DNA from: Gammaproteobacteria bacterium
Lineage (GTDB): Bacteria; Pseudomonadota; Gammaproteobacteria; JAADJB01
DNA: 64,000 bases
Reading direction: 5' to 3'
Assembly (NCBI GenBank): GCA_013151035.1
Contig: JAADJB010000008.1
Coordinates: forward strand, 11,466 to 75,465
The first letter of the stretch is position 1. Every line of letters begins with the position of its first letter. The notes under the pieces are model-generated. The model worked only from the letters and a program-made list of their open reading frames with translations. It was not told the DNA's origin and did no database searches. Shown here piece by piece: positions 9,801 through 19,494 of the stretch. Both the position numbers and the translations under genes were made by a program.

Positions 9801-12212
9801 GGGTTTAGTGTGGCCTTGAAGGAAGACGGCACGGTGTGGTCATGGGGCAGTAATGGCTATGGTCGATTAGGGGATGGCACAACCAATGATTCCTCAGTGC
9901 CGGTACAAGTGTCGTCATTGAGTGATGTGTCCGATATATCCGCTGGTCGTTATCACGTGCTTGCCTTGATGTCTGATGGCAGCGTCCAGTCCTGGGGCAG
10001 AAACAGTGATGGTCAGCTGGGTGATGGGTCGAATACACATCGACATACACCGGTACAGGTGGGTGGTTTAAGTGGTGTTATTGCTATTGCAGCGGGTGGT
10101 TATCATTCATTTGCGCTGCGGAATGATGGTACCGTCTGGGCCTGGGGTCGAAACACTAATGGCCAACTGGGTGATAATAGTTTTGTGGATAGCGCTGTGC
10201 CAGTGCAAGTATCCGGGCTCAGTGCTATCACTGCTATTGCGGGTGGTGGTTATCATGGTTTTGCCCTGAAGGATGATGATAGTCTCTGGGTGTGGGGTCG
10301 AAATGATAGGGGGCAGGTGGGTAATGGTTCTCTATCGGATTTGGCTACACCCGTTTCTATCTTGACGAATGTGGCTGATTTTTCTGCTGGGGATTATCAT
10401 TCACTGGCAATCAGGAATGATGGCACGTTATGGTCCTGGGGTTGGAATGATAATGGACAGCTGGGTAATGGTGATACGTTCAATTCTTCCACACCGGTTC
10501 AGATGCAAAACGCGGGTAATGTCATTGCTATTGCCGCGGGTTATTATCATTCCATGATGTTGCGTACTGATGGAACAGTCGCTACATGGGGTTATGATAA
10601 TAATGGGCAATTGGGTACTGGTCGCTCATTGATCTCCACAGTGCCTTTGCGTGTGGCTGATGGTGTGTCGTTGCATGCCTGGGAAGATGTCAGCGCGACC
10701 ACTATTGATGTATTGGGTTATTTTACCGATGCCGATGGTGATCTACCTTCTGTTATTTCAGTCGATGCTAATAGTGCAGAGGGTGGCAGCGTTATTGATA
10801 ATAACGATGGTAGCTTTAACTATACACCTGCGCCTGGTTTTAACGGGATTGATTTCTTTGCTTATACGGTGTCGGATGGGGTTGAATCAGTATCGGTAAC
10901 AGTGACGGTTAATGTGGGTTCGGTTAATGACAGGCCGTTAGCTGTTGATGACAGTTATACCTTTTCCATTGGTGATACAGCGCTTATGGTGGTCGCCAAT
11001 AGCGGTGTCCTGTCGAATGATAGTGATAGTGATTTCGATGCCATGACAGTAATGGTTGATACCTTGCCTGCCAATGGCACACTGGTGCTTAACATTGATG
11101 GTAGCTTTGTTTATACCCCTACCGGCGCACTGACGACCGATAGCTTTACCTATATGGTCAGTGATGGTCAGGGTGGCGTTGATACAGGGCTAGTTAGTAT
11201 TTCGGCAGACTGGATTACCTCTATCCAGTATTTCAATTTCTCGGACCTGTCGGCCTTTACTCTTAATGGTCAGGCATCCACCTTGAATCCGGTTGCGGGT
11301 GAGTCGGTTCTACGTTTGACAGCAACGGGTATTGGAGGCGGGGGCAGTGTATTCCTTAACCAGACTATTCCGCTACAGGATAATAGTGGCTTTAATGCCT
11401 CATTCAGTAGTTTCTTCAAATTCCGTATCAGTAATCCGGCAGGTATCTCTGACAGTGATGGACAGGGTGCCGATGGTCTGGTATTTGTCGTGCAGACGGC
11501 GGCAGATAGTGTCGGTGGTTTAGGCGGAGGTATAGGCTATTCGGGTATTAATAATAGTGTTGGTGTTGAGATTGATACCTACAATAATGGCGGTGGGGAT
11601 GGCAATAGTGGTAACCACGTTGGTATTAACACCAATGGTAATCTGTCCTCCATTGCATTGGCACCGTATCCTGATCGTTTCAATGACGGTGATACGTTCT
11701 TTGCCTGGGTGGATTATCAGGGCTCCAGCCAGAATCTGGAGGTGCGTATTTCAGCCGATGGGGTGCGTCCTGCGCTGGCGATGGTTTCAGCAACGATTGA
11801 TCTGGTAACAACCCTCGGTGTCTCTGATGCCTATATTGGTTTTACCTCAGGCAGTGCAGCGGCTACTAATAATCATGACATTCTGGCTTGGGAGTTTGTT
11901 AATGCCTACGCACCGATACAGGCTATGGGTACGGCACCGGTTGCCGTTGATGATGCCGAGGTAACGGGTCAAGATATTATTCTCGTTACCGGGAATGTCT
12001 TGTTGAATGACACGGATGTTGATGATGATGTGCTTAGTGTCAGTAATTACCAGACGACAAGTGCGCAGGGTGGGACTGTTGTTGATAATGGTGATGGAAC
12101 CTTTGCTTATATGCCTCCACCAGGCTTTTTGGGTGTTGATAATTTCGAATATACCGTGACAGATGACTTTGGTGGTTTTGATGTGGGTGTCGTTGGTATC
12201 AATGTGATGTAG
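6837..12212 (+). CDS. giant surface lipoprotein: TSP3-like Ca-binding repeats, VNDAP cadherin-like modules, 14 RCC1 blades, C-terminal L-type (legume-like) lectin domain
   Basis: Lipobox LLSGC. DxDxDGxxDxxD TSP3-like motifs at aa 240-265. VNDAPV / VNDRPL cadherin-like signatures. Fourteen W(S/A)WGxNxxGQLGxG RCC1 repeats, enough for two 7-blade propellers. The C-terminus (GADGLVFVVQ..VGVEIDTYNN..GNHVGINTNG..AWVDYQ) is a ConA-like lectin fold. Confidence 0.8.
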   Translation: MSRFLLQKATPKAFIALLLVFLLSLLSGCGGGSASSNGNNASVTINIGSSQNVVSVNSGQWLLNQIITQAYAASLLTEYSYLSRITLEIWEGDNNITGQINERYNKGTFGALVAAEGNDALLLLDTSTRISVPADVALRYVVKAFQTVDGELVRFFQTEASYTAGLDSADFSGNLNMSLRVNINDSMIQQMDTPSLPCVDEDIDPITNAVVGDGICDTYENLFVVIDTRTGSVTEGQYIPDVDLDGIPNGIDTDSDGDGVDDANEDASQNSNNGYPNFVHTNNNPTSTRAEITLAQGATQTFSPDVDDDDEGDTFTVISVIQPLLGAVSIVGGALHYEAPRDQSGDTQFSYTVVDYAAQTPISGIALIHITAATPPNSAPDVYSLASLETNEDTAISNIDVVSETDAQDPDGDNISVTAFDTVSNWGGVVTQNLDGTLNYTPAANYNGSDSFAFTISDDFGGSIAGVFGFDVLAVNDAPVISGAPVITVEENSTYSFMPTANDVDAGDILVFSLTNQPAWASFNTITGELSGIPARDDAGVTLNIVITVTDNEGLTDSLPAFDLTVTTNNVPPVYQSQIYEHFSGGENHTLALRSDGTVWAWGGNNYGQLGNGDFGGGSTPVQALGLSNIIDLAAGDFHSVALRSDRTVWLWGHNNNGQLGKDSAEHESSIPSQLVGLTAVDAVAAGRQYTVALKTDGTVWSWGRNSYGQLGNDSTTSTEIPQQAVGLSNIIAISAGRYHALALKGDGTVWAWGRNNYGQLGDGSDTQRTIPVQVSGLTGVVSIASGGSHNIAMKSDGTLWLWGWNLYGQLGDGTMTDSAIPVQIAGLTGVDSMAAGRYHTLVSRSDGTVWSWGRNLEGQLGGNTTSGSTSPVLMTSLSDITAVSAGYKHSLARASDNTLWAWGRNGYGQLGDGADLVLTTPRTMSEIRSVLAITAGRKHSAAILDDGRVWSWGDGDDGELGNAATVDVSVPVPVAGLKSVRQVTLGIGFSVALKEDGTVWSWGSNGYGRLGDGTTNDSSVPVQVSSLSDVSDISAGRYHVLALMSDGSVQSWGRNSDGQLGDGSNTHRHTPVQVGGLSGVIAIAAGGYHSFALRNDGTVWAWGRNTNGQLGDNSFVDSAVPVQVSGLSAITAIAGGGYHGFALKDDDSLWVWGRNDRGQVGNGSLSDLATPVSILTNVADFSAGDYHSLAIRNDGTLWSWGWNDNGQLGNGDTFNSSTPVQMQNAGNVIAIAAGYYHSMMLRTDGTVATWGYDNNGQLGTGRSLISTVPLRVADGVSLHAWEDVSATTIDVLGYFTDADGDLPSVISVDANSAEGGSVIDNNDGSFNYTPAPGFNGIDFFAYTVSDGVESVSVTVTVNVGSVNDRPLAVDDSYTFSIGDTALMVVANSGVLSNDSDSDFDAMTVMVDTLPANGTLVLNIDGSFVYTPTGALTTDSFTYMVSDGQGGVDTGLVSISADWITSIQYFNFSDLSAFTLNGQASTLNPVAGESVLRLTATGIGGGGSVFLNQTIPLQDNSGFNASFSSFFKFRISNPAGISDSDGQGADGLVFVVQTAADSVGGLGGGIGYSGINNSVGVEIDTYNNGGGDGNSGNHVGINTNGNLSSIALAPYPDRFNDGDTFFAWVDYQGSSQNLEVRISADGVRPALAMVSATIDLVTTLGVSDAYIGFTSGSAAATNNHDILAWEFVNAYAPIQAMGTAPVAVDDAEVTGQDIILVTGNVLLNDTDVDDDVLSVSNYQTTSAQGGTVVDNGDGTFAYMPPPGFLGVDNFEYTVTDDFGGFDVGVVGINVM

Positions 12213-12362
12213 TGAACCTTAATGTCGATAAGGGTGGTCAGCTCTCGATTTCATTGTATTCAGTCTGTTGTATCCGTATTTAAGTCTTATTTTCTCGTGT
12301 CTTTCTGGTATGATAAGGGGGTTGTGCAGGGGCTCCGATAAATAACGAGAAAAACATTCTAA

Positions 12363-14906
12363 ATGACTGAATTAGCAAAAGAATTACAATCCGTTAATCT
12401 CGAAGATGAGATGAAGCAATCCTATCTCGATTACGCCATGAGTGTGATCGTCGGGCGCGCCTTGCCGGATGTGCGCGATGGTCTTAAACCTGTTCACCGG
12501 CGCGTACTCTATGCGATGAATGTACTGGGTAATGACTGGAATAAGTCGTATAAGAAATCAGCCCGTGTCGTTGGTGACGTGATTGGTAAATATCATCCAC
12601 ATGGTGATACTGCGGTCTATGACACTATTGTGCGTATGGCACAGCCCTTCTCTTTACGTTATATGCTGGTGGATGGTCAGGGTAACTTTGGTTCCGTCGA
12701 TGGGGATGCCCCGGCTGCGATGCGTTATACCGAAGTGCGTATGGCGAAGATTGCCCATGAATTGATGGCGGATCTGGATAAAGAGACCGTTGATTTTATC
12801 CCTAACTACGATGAGTCCGAGAGTGAACCCTCAGTCTTTCCCACTCGTTTACCTAATCTATTGATTAATGGATCGACCGGTATTGCGGTTGGTATGGCAA
12901 CCAATATTCCACCGCATAATCTGGGTGAGGTTATTGATGCCTGCCTGGCACTGATTGATGATGAAGCGTTAGATATTAAGGGGCTGATGGAATATCTGCC
13001 GGGTCCTGACTTCCCAACGGCCGGTATCATTAACGGGGTCAGTGGTATCCATGAGGCCTATCATACCGGCCGTGGACGGGTGCATATTCGTGCGCGTAGT
13101 CACTTTGAGGAGAGCAGTACCGGGCGTATTAGTATTATTGTCGATGAACTACCTTATCAGGTGAACAAGGCGCGTCTACTGGAGAAGATTGCCGAGCTGG
13201 TGCGTGACAAGAGGCTGGAAGGTATCAGTAACCTGCGTGATGAATCCGATAAGGATGGTATGCGTATGGTGGTTGAGCTGAAACGCGGTGAGGTGGGTGA
13301 GGTGGTATTGAACAACCTCTACAAGCATACTCAGATGCAGGTGGTGTTTGGTATCAATATGGTGGCTCTATCCGATGGGCAGCCACAGTTGATGAATCTC
13401 AAGCAGATCATACAGGCCTTTGTTCGTCATCGCCGTGAAGTAGTAACACGGCGCACGGTGTTTGATCTGCGTAAGGCGCGTGAGCGCGCCCATATCCTGG
13501 AAGGTCTGGCGATTGCGCTGGCCAATATTGATGAAGTTATTGCCTTGATCAAGGCCTCCAAGACACGTCCCGAGGCACGTGAACAATTAATGACGAGGGT
13601 CTGGGAACCGGGCATGGTGAGTGGCATGCTGGAACGTGCCGATGTCGCGCGGCCAGAAGGCGTTGATCCTGCCCTGGGTTTGTCGGAACAGGGTTATCGT
13701 CTGACTGAGGCGCAAACCAAGGCGATTCTGGAGCTGCGTTTGCATCAGTTGACGGGGCTTGAGCAGGACAAGATTGTTAATGAATTCAAGGAATTGCTAG
13801 TTGTTATTAATGATTTACTTGACATTCTATGTTCCATGGATCGTCTGATGCAGGTGATCCGTGAGGAACTGGTTGAAATCCGTGATGAATACAATGATGA
13901 ACGTCGCACCGAGCTGTTGACCGATCATCTGGATCTGACCCTGGAAGATCTGATTACCGAAGAAGATATGGTCGTCACCTTGTCGCATACCGGTTATGCC
14001 AAGTCACAGCCGCTAACCGAATATACCGCTCAGCGTCGTGGAGGCAAGGGCAAGAGTGCGACTAATGTTAAAGATGAAGACTTTATCGACAAGCTGTTTG
14101 TAGCAAGCACGCATGATACCATTCTGTGCTTTTCCAGTCGGGGTAAGGTTTACTGGCTCAAGGTCTATCAATTACCGCAGGCCAGTCGCGCCGCGCGTGG
14201 CAAGCCGATTGTAAACCTGTTGCCAATGGAAGACGGTGAACGTATTAATGCTGTATTGCCAGTACGTGAATATACCGATAATCATTATATCTTTATGGCC
14301 ACAGCACAAGGTACGGTTAAAAAGACCCCATTAACGGCCTTCTCGCGTCCGCGTGCTTCGGGGATTATTGCGCTGGATCTGCGTGAGGATGATCAACTAG
14401 TCGGTGTCGAGATTACGGATGGTAGTAATGATGTCATGTTGTTCTCGGATGCCGGACGCGCGATTCGCTTTAAGGAAGCCGATGTGCGTGAGATGGGACG
14501 AACAGCTTGTGGTGTGCGTGGTATTCGTCTACAACCTGGGCAAAAGGTGATCTCTCTGGTGATTGCTGATGCCGGCTGTGTGCTGACAGCAACCATTAAT
14601 GGCTATGGTAAGCGGACGGCACTGGAAAACTATCCAACCTATGGACGTGGTGGTCAGGGTGTGATCTCGATACAGGTCTCTGAGCGCAATGGTGAAGTTG
14701 TCGGTGCGGTGCTGACCGATGACAATGATGAAATTATGTTAATAACGGATGCGGGTACGCTGGTGCGTACGCGTGTTAATGAGGTCTCGGTGGTGGGGCG
14801 TAATACGCAGGGGGTTCGTTTGATCTCTTTGTCCAGTAATGAGGCGTTGGTTGGTTTGGAGCGTATTGTTGAGCCGGAAGATGAGATGGATGAGGGTGAT
14901 GAATAA
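12363..14906 (+). CDS. gyrA: DNA gyrase subunit A
   Basis: 847 aa. N-terminus [39 protein letters not shown] with the active-site Tyr region. Acidic C-terminal tail. Confidence 0.95.
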   Translation: MTELAKELQSVNLEDEMKQSYLDYAMSVIVGRALPDVRDGLKPVHRRVLYAMNVLGNDWNKSYKKSARVVGDVIGKYHPHGDTAVYDTIVRMAQPFSLRYMLVDGQGNFGSVDGDAPAAMRYTEVRMAKIAHELMADLDKETVDFIPNYDESESEPSVFPTRLPNLLINGSTGIAVGMATNIPPHNLGEVIDACLALIDDEALDIKGLMEYLPGPDFPTAGIINGVSGIHEAYHTGRGRVHIRARSHFEESSTGRISIIVDELPYQVNKARLLEKIAELVRDKRLEGISNLRDESDKDGMRMVVELKRGEVGEVVLNNLYKHTQMQVVFGINMVALSDGQPQLMNLKQIIQAFVRHRREVVTRRTVFDLRKARERAHILEGLAIALANIDEVIALIKASKTRPEAREQLMTRVWEPGMVSGMLERADVARPEGVDPALGLSEQGYRLTEAQTKAILELRLHQLTGLEQDKIVNEFKELLVVINDLLDILCSMDRLMQVIREELVEIRDEYNDERRTELLTDHLDLTLEDLITEEDMVVTLSHTGYAKSQPLTEYTAQRRGGKGKSATNVKDEDFIDKLFVASTHDTILCFSSRGKVYWLKVYQLPQASRAARGKPIVNLLPMEDGERINAVLPVREYTDNHYIFMATAQGTVKKTPLTAFSRPRASGIIALDLREDDQLVGVEITDGSNDVMLFSDAGRAIRFKEADVREMGRTACGVRGIRLQPGQKVISLVIADAGCVLTATINGYGKRTALENYPTYGRGGQGVISIQVSERNGEVVGAVLTDDNDEIMLITDAGTLVRTRVNEVSVVGRNTQGVRLISLSSNEALVGLERIVEPEDEMDEGDE

Positions 14907-14912
14907 AATGAT

Positions 14913-15022
14913 GGTGCGTAGTACGCACCCTACCTGGGATGTATATCTGCATTGTGAACCAATGAATATATGGTAGGGTGCGCACTGCGCACCAAATGTT
15001 TTTTTTGATAATGAGAGTGAAT
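14913..15022. repeat. inverted pair of REP elements plus T-tract (likely gyrA terminator)
   Basis: ggtgcgtagtacgcaccctacc (14913-14934) and ggtagggtgcgcactgcgcacc (14972-14993) lie in opposite orientation and are followed by T8. The 3' 50 nt are nearly identical to 47857-47905. Confidence 0.75.
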
Positions 15023-15024
15023 TA

Positions 15025-16107
15025 ATGTCGAAGATTTATAATTTTAGTGCGGGGCCTGCGATGTTGCCGCAGGAAGTTCTGGAGCAGGCACAGAAGGAGT
15101 TGGTTGACTGGAAAGACAGTCATATGTCGGTGATGGAAATGAGCCATCGTGGTAAGGATTTCATGTCGATTGCGGGCCAGGCGGAGAAAGATCTGTGTGA
15201 GCTGATGGCGATCCCTGATAACTATAAGGTGTTATTCCTGCAAGGTGGTGCTAGCAGTCAGTTTGCCATGATTCCACTCAACCTGTTGCGTGGTAAGACT
15301 ACCGCAGATTACTTTAATACCGGTGCGTGGTCGAAGAAGGCGATTGCTGAGGCAAAGCGTTTCTGTGATGTGAATATTGTCGCAAGTGGTGAGGCGGGCA
15401 ATTTCTCCAGTGTGCCGGCACGCGCTGAATGGCAGTTAAACCCGGATGCGGCCTATGTGCATTACACCCCGAATGAAACCATTGGTGGTGTTGAATTTGC
15501 TGATATCCCTGATGTGGGCGATGTGCCGCTGATTGCGGATATGTCTTCGACTATACTTTCTCGCCCAATTGATGTGTCTCGTTTTGGTGTGATCTATGCG
15601 GGTGCGCAGAAGAATGTGGGGCCTGCTGGACTGACTATTGTCATTATCAGGGAAGACCTGATCGGTGGTGCAGCGGAATCGACTCCGGCGATGTTTGATT
15701 ATGCGATTCATGCCAAAAATGATTCGATGTATAACACGCCGCCCACTTATTCCTGGTATCTTTCCGGGCTGGTTTTTCAGTGGTTATTGCGTAATGGTGG
15801 TTTGCAGGCGATGGGTGAGCAGAATCAACGTAAGGCGGATAAATTGTATGCGGCGATTGATGGTTCGGACTTTTACCAGAACCCTGTGGCGATAGAAAAT
15901 CGTTCATGGATGAATGTGCCTTTTACTCTGCCGGATGCTGAGTTGGATAAGGTCTTTCTTGAACAAGCTGCGGCTAAAGGTCTGGTGACATTAAAGGGGC
16001 ATCGTTCGGTGGGTGGTATGCGTGCCAGTATTTATAATGCGATGCCGGAAGAAGGTGTTGATGCCTTGATTTCACTGATGGCTGATTTTAAGTCTCAACA
16101 TAAATAA
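15025..16107 (+). CDS. serC: phosphoserine aminotransferase
   Basis: 360 aa. [15 protein letters not shown] start and full-length SerC pattern. Confidence 0.93.
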   Translation: MSKIYNFSAGPAMLPQEVLEQAQKELVDWKDSHMSVMEMSHRGKDFMSIAGQAEKDLCELMAIPDNYKVLFLQGGASSQFAMIPLNLLRGKTTADYFNTGAWSKKAIAEAKRFCDVNIVASGEAGNFSSVPARAEWQLNPDAAYVHYTPNETIGGVEFADIPDVGDVPLIADMSSTILSRPIDVSRFGVIYAGAQKNVGPAGLTIVIIREDLIGGAAESTPAMFDYAIHAKNDSMYNTPPTYSWYLSGLVFQWLLRNGGLQAMGEQNQRKADKLYAAIDGSDFYQNPVAIENRSWMNVPFTLPDAELDKVFLEQAAAKGLVTLKGHRSVGGMRASIYNAMPEEGVDALISLMADFKSQHK

Positions 16108-16123
16108 TTTCTGGAAATAAACT

Positions 16124-17287
16124 ATGTATAAGATATTAACCTTGAATAACATCTCGGTCGCGGGTCTTGAGAAATTGCCGCGTGAGAGCTATGAAGTTGC
16201 CTCTGAGATACAGCACCCTGATGGCATTTTATTACGTTCCTTCAAGATGCACGATATGGAGCTTCCTCCCTCTGTAAAGGCCATTGGTCGTGCGGGTGCT
16301 GGGGTAAATAATATCCCGGTTGAAGCAATGACAGGAAAGGGTGTTGCTGTTTTTAACGCACCAGGTGCCAATGCCAATGCAGTGAAGGAACTGGTTTTAG
16401 CGGGGATGTTAATGGCGGCAAGAAATATCTGTCAGTCGCGTGATTTTGCCCGTTCACTGCAAGGTGAAGATGCCGAGATCAACAAGAATGTTGAGGCAGG
16501 CAAGAAAAACTTTGTTGGCTTTGAATTGCCAGGACGCACCCTGGGTGTGATTGGTCTGGGTGCGATTGGTGTCAAGGTGGCGAATGCAGCGTTGGCACTG
16601 GGTATGAATGTTATTGGTTATGACCCCGATATTACAGTGGAACGTGCCTGGCAGTTATCATCGGATGTGCAACAGGCAACAAGTGTTGATGATCTGTTGA
16701 CGCGTATTGATTTTGTTACTTTCCATGTGCCGTTAATTGATGCCACTAAAAATCTGATTAATGAAGAACGTCTTAAAAGTATGCGTGATAATGTGGTGCT
16801 GTTGAACTTTTCACGCAATGGTATTCTGGATGATGATGCGGTTTGTGCAGCGATTGAATCGGGTAAGGTCTATGCCTATGTGTGTGACTTCCCGAGTAAC
16901 CTGTTAAAGGATAATCCACGGGTTATTACCTTGCCACATCTGGGCGCATCAACGCGTGAGGCGGAAGAGAACTGCGCTATTATGGTGGCTGACCAGATAA
17001 AGGATTTCCTGGAAAACGGGAATGTGAAAAATTCGGTTAATTTCCCCGCTATGAAGATGACGCGTAATGAGGGTTATCGTTTGGCCGTTGCGAATGCGAA
17101 TGTGCCGAATATGCTGGGGCAGATATCGACGGCATTGGCCAATGCCGGTTTGAACATTATTGATATGTTGAATAAGTCGCGTGGTGATCTGGCGTATACA
17201 TTGGTCGATGTAGATGCTCCCATATCGGATGGCTGTGTTGCAGAGTTAAGTGCTATTGAAGGCGTGTTAAACGTAAGAATTTTGTGA
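16124..17287 (+). CDS. serA: D-3-phosphoglycerate dehydrogenase (short form with C-terminal ACT)
   Basis: 387 aa. NAD-binding GxGxxG motif (GVIGLGAIG). 2-hydroxyacid dehydrogenase catalytic region. C-terminal ACT-like domain. Position next to serC. Confidence 0.7.
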   Translation: MYKILTLNNISVAGLEKLPRESYEVASEIQHPDGILLRSFKMHDMELPPSVKAIGRAGAGVNNIPVEAMTGKGVAVFNAPGANANAVKELVLAGMLMAARNICQSRDFARSLQGEDAEINKNVEAGKKNFVGFELPGRTLGVIGLGAIGVKVANAALALGMNVIGYDPDITVERAWQLSSDVQQATSVDDLLTRIDFVTFHVPLIDATKNLINEERLKSMRDNVVLLNFSRNGILDDDAVCAAIESGKVYAYVCDFPSNLLKDNPRVITLPHLGASTREAEENCAIMVADQIKDFLENGNVKNSVNFPAMKMTRNEGYRLAVANANVPNMLGQISTALANAGLNIIDMLNKSRGDLAYTLVDVDAPISDGCVAELSAIEGVLNVRIL

Positions 17288-17306
17288 TCTGGAGAAGTTA
17301 ATCGGC

Positions 17307-18389
17307 ATGTCTGGTGAAGAAAAACTTTCAGGGATACGTGTTCGTATCGATTCGATTGATCAGCAGATTCAACAGCTGATCAATGATCGTGCCCGTTGTG
17401 CCCAGGAGGTTGCCGCGGTCAAGATGGCAGCGGGTGAGAGTGAGGATTTTTATCGCCCGGAACGTGAGGCTCAGGTGTTGCGCCAGGTCTATGAACGTAA
17501 TAGTGGTCCCTTATCCAGTACCGAGATAACGCGTTTATTCAGGGAGATTATGTCGACCTGTCTGGCGCTGGAATATCCGTTGAAGACGGCTTATCTTGGC
17601 CCGGAAGGAACCTATACCCAGCAGGCTTTACTGAAGCACTTTGGTTCCTCGGTCGAGACGCAGGCACTGGCATCAATCCCTGATATCTTTCATGCTGTTG
17701 AGTGTGGTGATGTGCAATACGGTGTGGTTCCGGTTGAGAATTCAACCGCGGGAACCATTAACCATACCCTCGATATGTTTATGCAGTCGACACTCAGGAT
17801 TTGTGGTGAAGTTGATCTTAGAGTGCAACATAGTCTGTTATCCAATGGTGATATGGTCGGCTTAAAGCAGGTCTATGCGCATCCTCAGGCACTGGCGCAA
17901 TGTCAACAATGGCTGGATCGGAATTTACCGGATGTCAAGAGGGTGCCTATGTCGAGTAATGCAGAGGCGGCTCGATGTGTGATTAATAAGAGGGATTCAG
18001 CGGCTATTGCAGCCGAATCAGCCAGTTTAATCTATGACCTTGATGTCTTGTCGCGAAGTATTGAAGATGAACAGAGTAATACCACGCGTTTTCTTATTTT
18101 GGGTAACAAGGATATTGCGGCCAGTGGCAAGGATAAGACATCGATACTGGTGTCTTTGAAGAATGAACCCGGCGCCTTGAATAATCTGCTGGAGCCTATT
18201 GCCAGAAATAACCTGAGTATGACACGCATTGAATCCCGACCATCCGGTCAGGGAATGTGGGACTACGTGTTTTTTATTGATATTGAAGGTCATCGCAATG
18301 ATGAACGGGTCGCATCGGCATTAAAGGATCTGAAAGCCAGGGCGAGCTTGCTCAAAATTTTGGGCTCCTACCCGCTGGCAGTGATTTAA
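17307..18389 (+). CDS. pheA: bifunctional chorismate mutase / prephenate dehydratase (P-protein)
   Basis: 360 aa. N-terminal chorismate-mutase helix region, PDT domain and C-terminal ACT domain. Confidence 0.9.
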   Translation: MSGEEKLSGIRVRIDSIDQQIQQLINDRARCAQEVAAVKMAAGESEDFYRPEREAQVLRQVYERNSGPLSSTEITRLFREIMSTCLALEYPLKTAYLGPEGTYTQQALLKHFGSSVETQALASIPDIFHAVECGDVQYGVVPVENSTAGTINHTLDMFMQSTLRICGEVDLRVQHSLLSNGDMVGLKQVYAHPQALAQCQQWLDRNLPDVKRVPMSSNAEAARCVINKRDSAAIAAESASLIYDLDVLSRSIEDEQSNTTRFLILGNKDIAASGKDKTSILVSLKNEPGALNNLLEPIARNNLSMTRIESRPSGQGMWDYVFFIDIEGHRNDERVASALKDLKARASLLKILGSYPLAVI

Positions 18390-18402
18390 GGACGTATTGA
18401 TC

Positions 18403-19494
18403 ATGACAGTTTCATCGCGAGTTGCGCCAGGTATTGCTGGTTTAAAACCTTATCAGCCCGGCAAGCCCTTGTCTGAACTAGAGCGCGAGTATCATATTCA
18501 GGATGCCGTTAAACTGGCATCGAATGAAAACCCTCTGGGGCCTGGTCTGCTGGTTCAGGATGCAATGAAGTCAGCAATCTCACAACAAGCGCGTTATCCC
18601 GATGGTAACAGCTTTGAGTTAAAGCAGGCACTGGCGCAACGTCATGCCGTGGAGATGAATCAGATTACCCTGGGTAACGGTTCTAATGATGTGCTGGAAT
18701 TGGTTGCGCGAGTCTTCTTGTTTCCTGGTACCGAGGCGATTTTTTCAGAGCATGCCTTTGCCGTCTACCCGATTGCAACCCAGGCGGTGGGAGCTGATGC
18801 AGTGGTGACCCCGGCGAAGGATTATGGCTATGACCTGGATGCGATTCTTGCCGCTATTACGGATAAGACTGCTGTCATCTTTATTGCCAACCCCAATAAT
18901 CCAACAGGAACATGGCTGAATGAATCCAGTCTAAAGGCCTTTATGGACAAGGTGCCTGAGCGGATTATGGTGGTTGTGGATGAAGCCTATTTTGAATATG
19001 TGCAAAAAGAGGATTACCCTGATACCACGCAATGGTTGAGTGAGTATAACAACCTGATTGTTACCCGTACCTTTTCCAAGGCCTATGGTCTGGCAGGTCT
19101 GCGTATTGGCTATTCTGTATCACATACAGATATTGCTGATCTACTTAATCGGGTTCGGCAACCCTTTAATGTGAATGCTATGGCACAGGTGGCTGCACTG
19201 ACGGCATTACAAGATAATGCGCATATACAACAAAGTCTGCAGATGAATATTAATGGTATGCAACAGTTAACGCGTGCCTTTTCTGATATGGGTTTTGGCT
19301 GGATCCCATCGGTGGGTAATTTTGTTTGTCTGGATGTGAATACTGATGGCACTGAGGTTTATGAGCGACTATTGCATGAAGGCATTATTGTTCGGCCAGT
19401 GGCGAACTACGCCTTACCCAGGCACTTGCGTATTACCATTGGCAATCACTTTGAGAATGATCGTTTGATTGCATCCCTGAATCGAGTGTTATAG
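18403..19494 (+). CDS. hisC: histidinol-phosphate aminotransferase
   Basis: Class-II aminotransferase with the PLP-binding lysine region (SKAYGLAGLRIGY). ATG at 18403 is preferred over the TTG at 18397 in the ORF track. Confidence 0.88.
   Translation: MTVSSRVAPGIAGLKPYQPGKPLSELEREYHIQDAVKLASNENPLGPGLLVQDAMKSAISQQARYPDGNSFELKQALAQRHAVEMNQITLGNGSNDVLELVARVFLFPGTEAIFSEHAFAVYPIATQAVGADAVVTPAKDYGYDLDAILAAITDKTAVIFIANPNNPTGTWLNESSLKAFMDKVPERIMVVVDEAYFEYVQKEDYPDTTQWLSEYNNLIVTRTFSKAYGLAGLRIGYSVSHTDIADLLNRVRQPFNVNAMAQVAALTALQDNAHIQQSLQMNINGMQQLTRAFSDMGFGWIPSVGNFVCLDVNTDGTEVYERLLHEGIIVRPVANYALPRHLRITIGNHFENDRLIASLNRVL

Noticed and set aside
7429-11808. Numerous 60-120 aa ORFs on both strands inside the giant lipoprotein gene
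   Set aside because: They are out-of-frame or antisense artefacts of a long repetitive coding region, with no RBS and biased, unrealistic composition.
18397-18402. Upstream alternative starts given by the ORF track (TTG 18397 for hisC, GTG 22728 for rpsA, TTG 32298 for leuC, 27647 for galU, 39578 for pgi, 26407 for pyrF, 46370 for ybeZ)
   Set aside because: Downstream ATG codons give N-termini matching well-known orthologues and avoid overlapping the preceding genes or REP elements.
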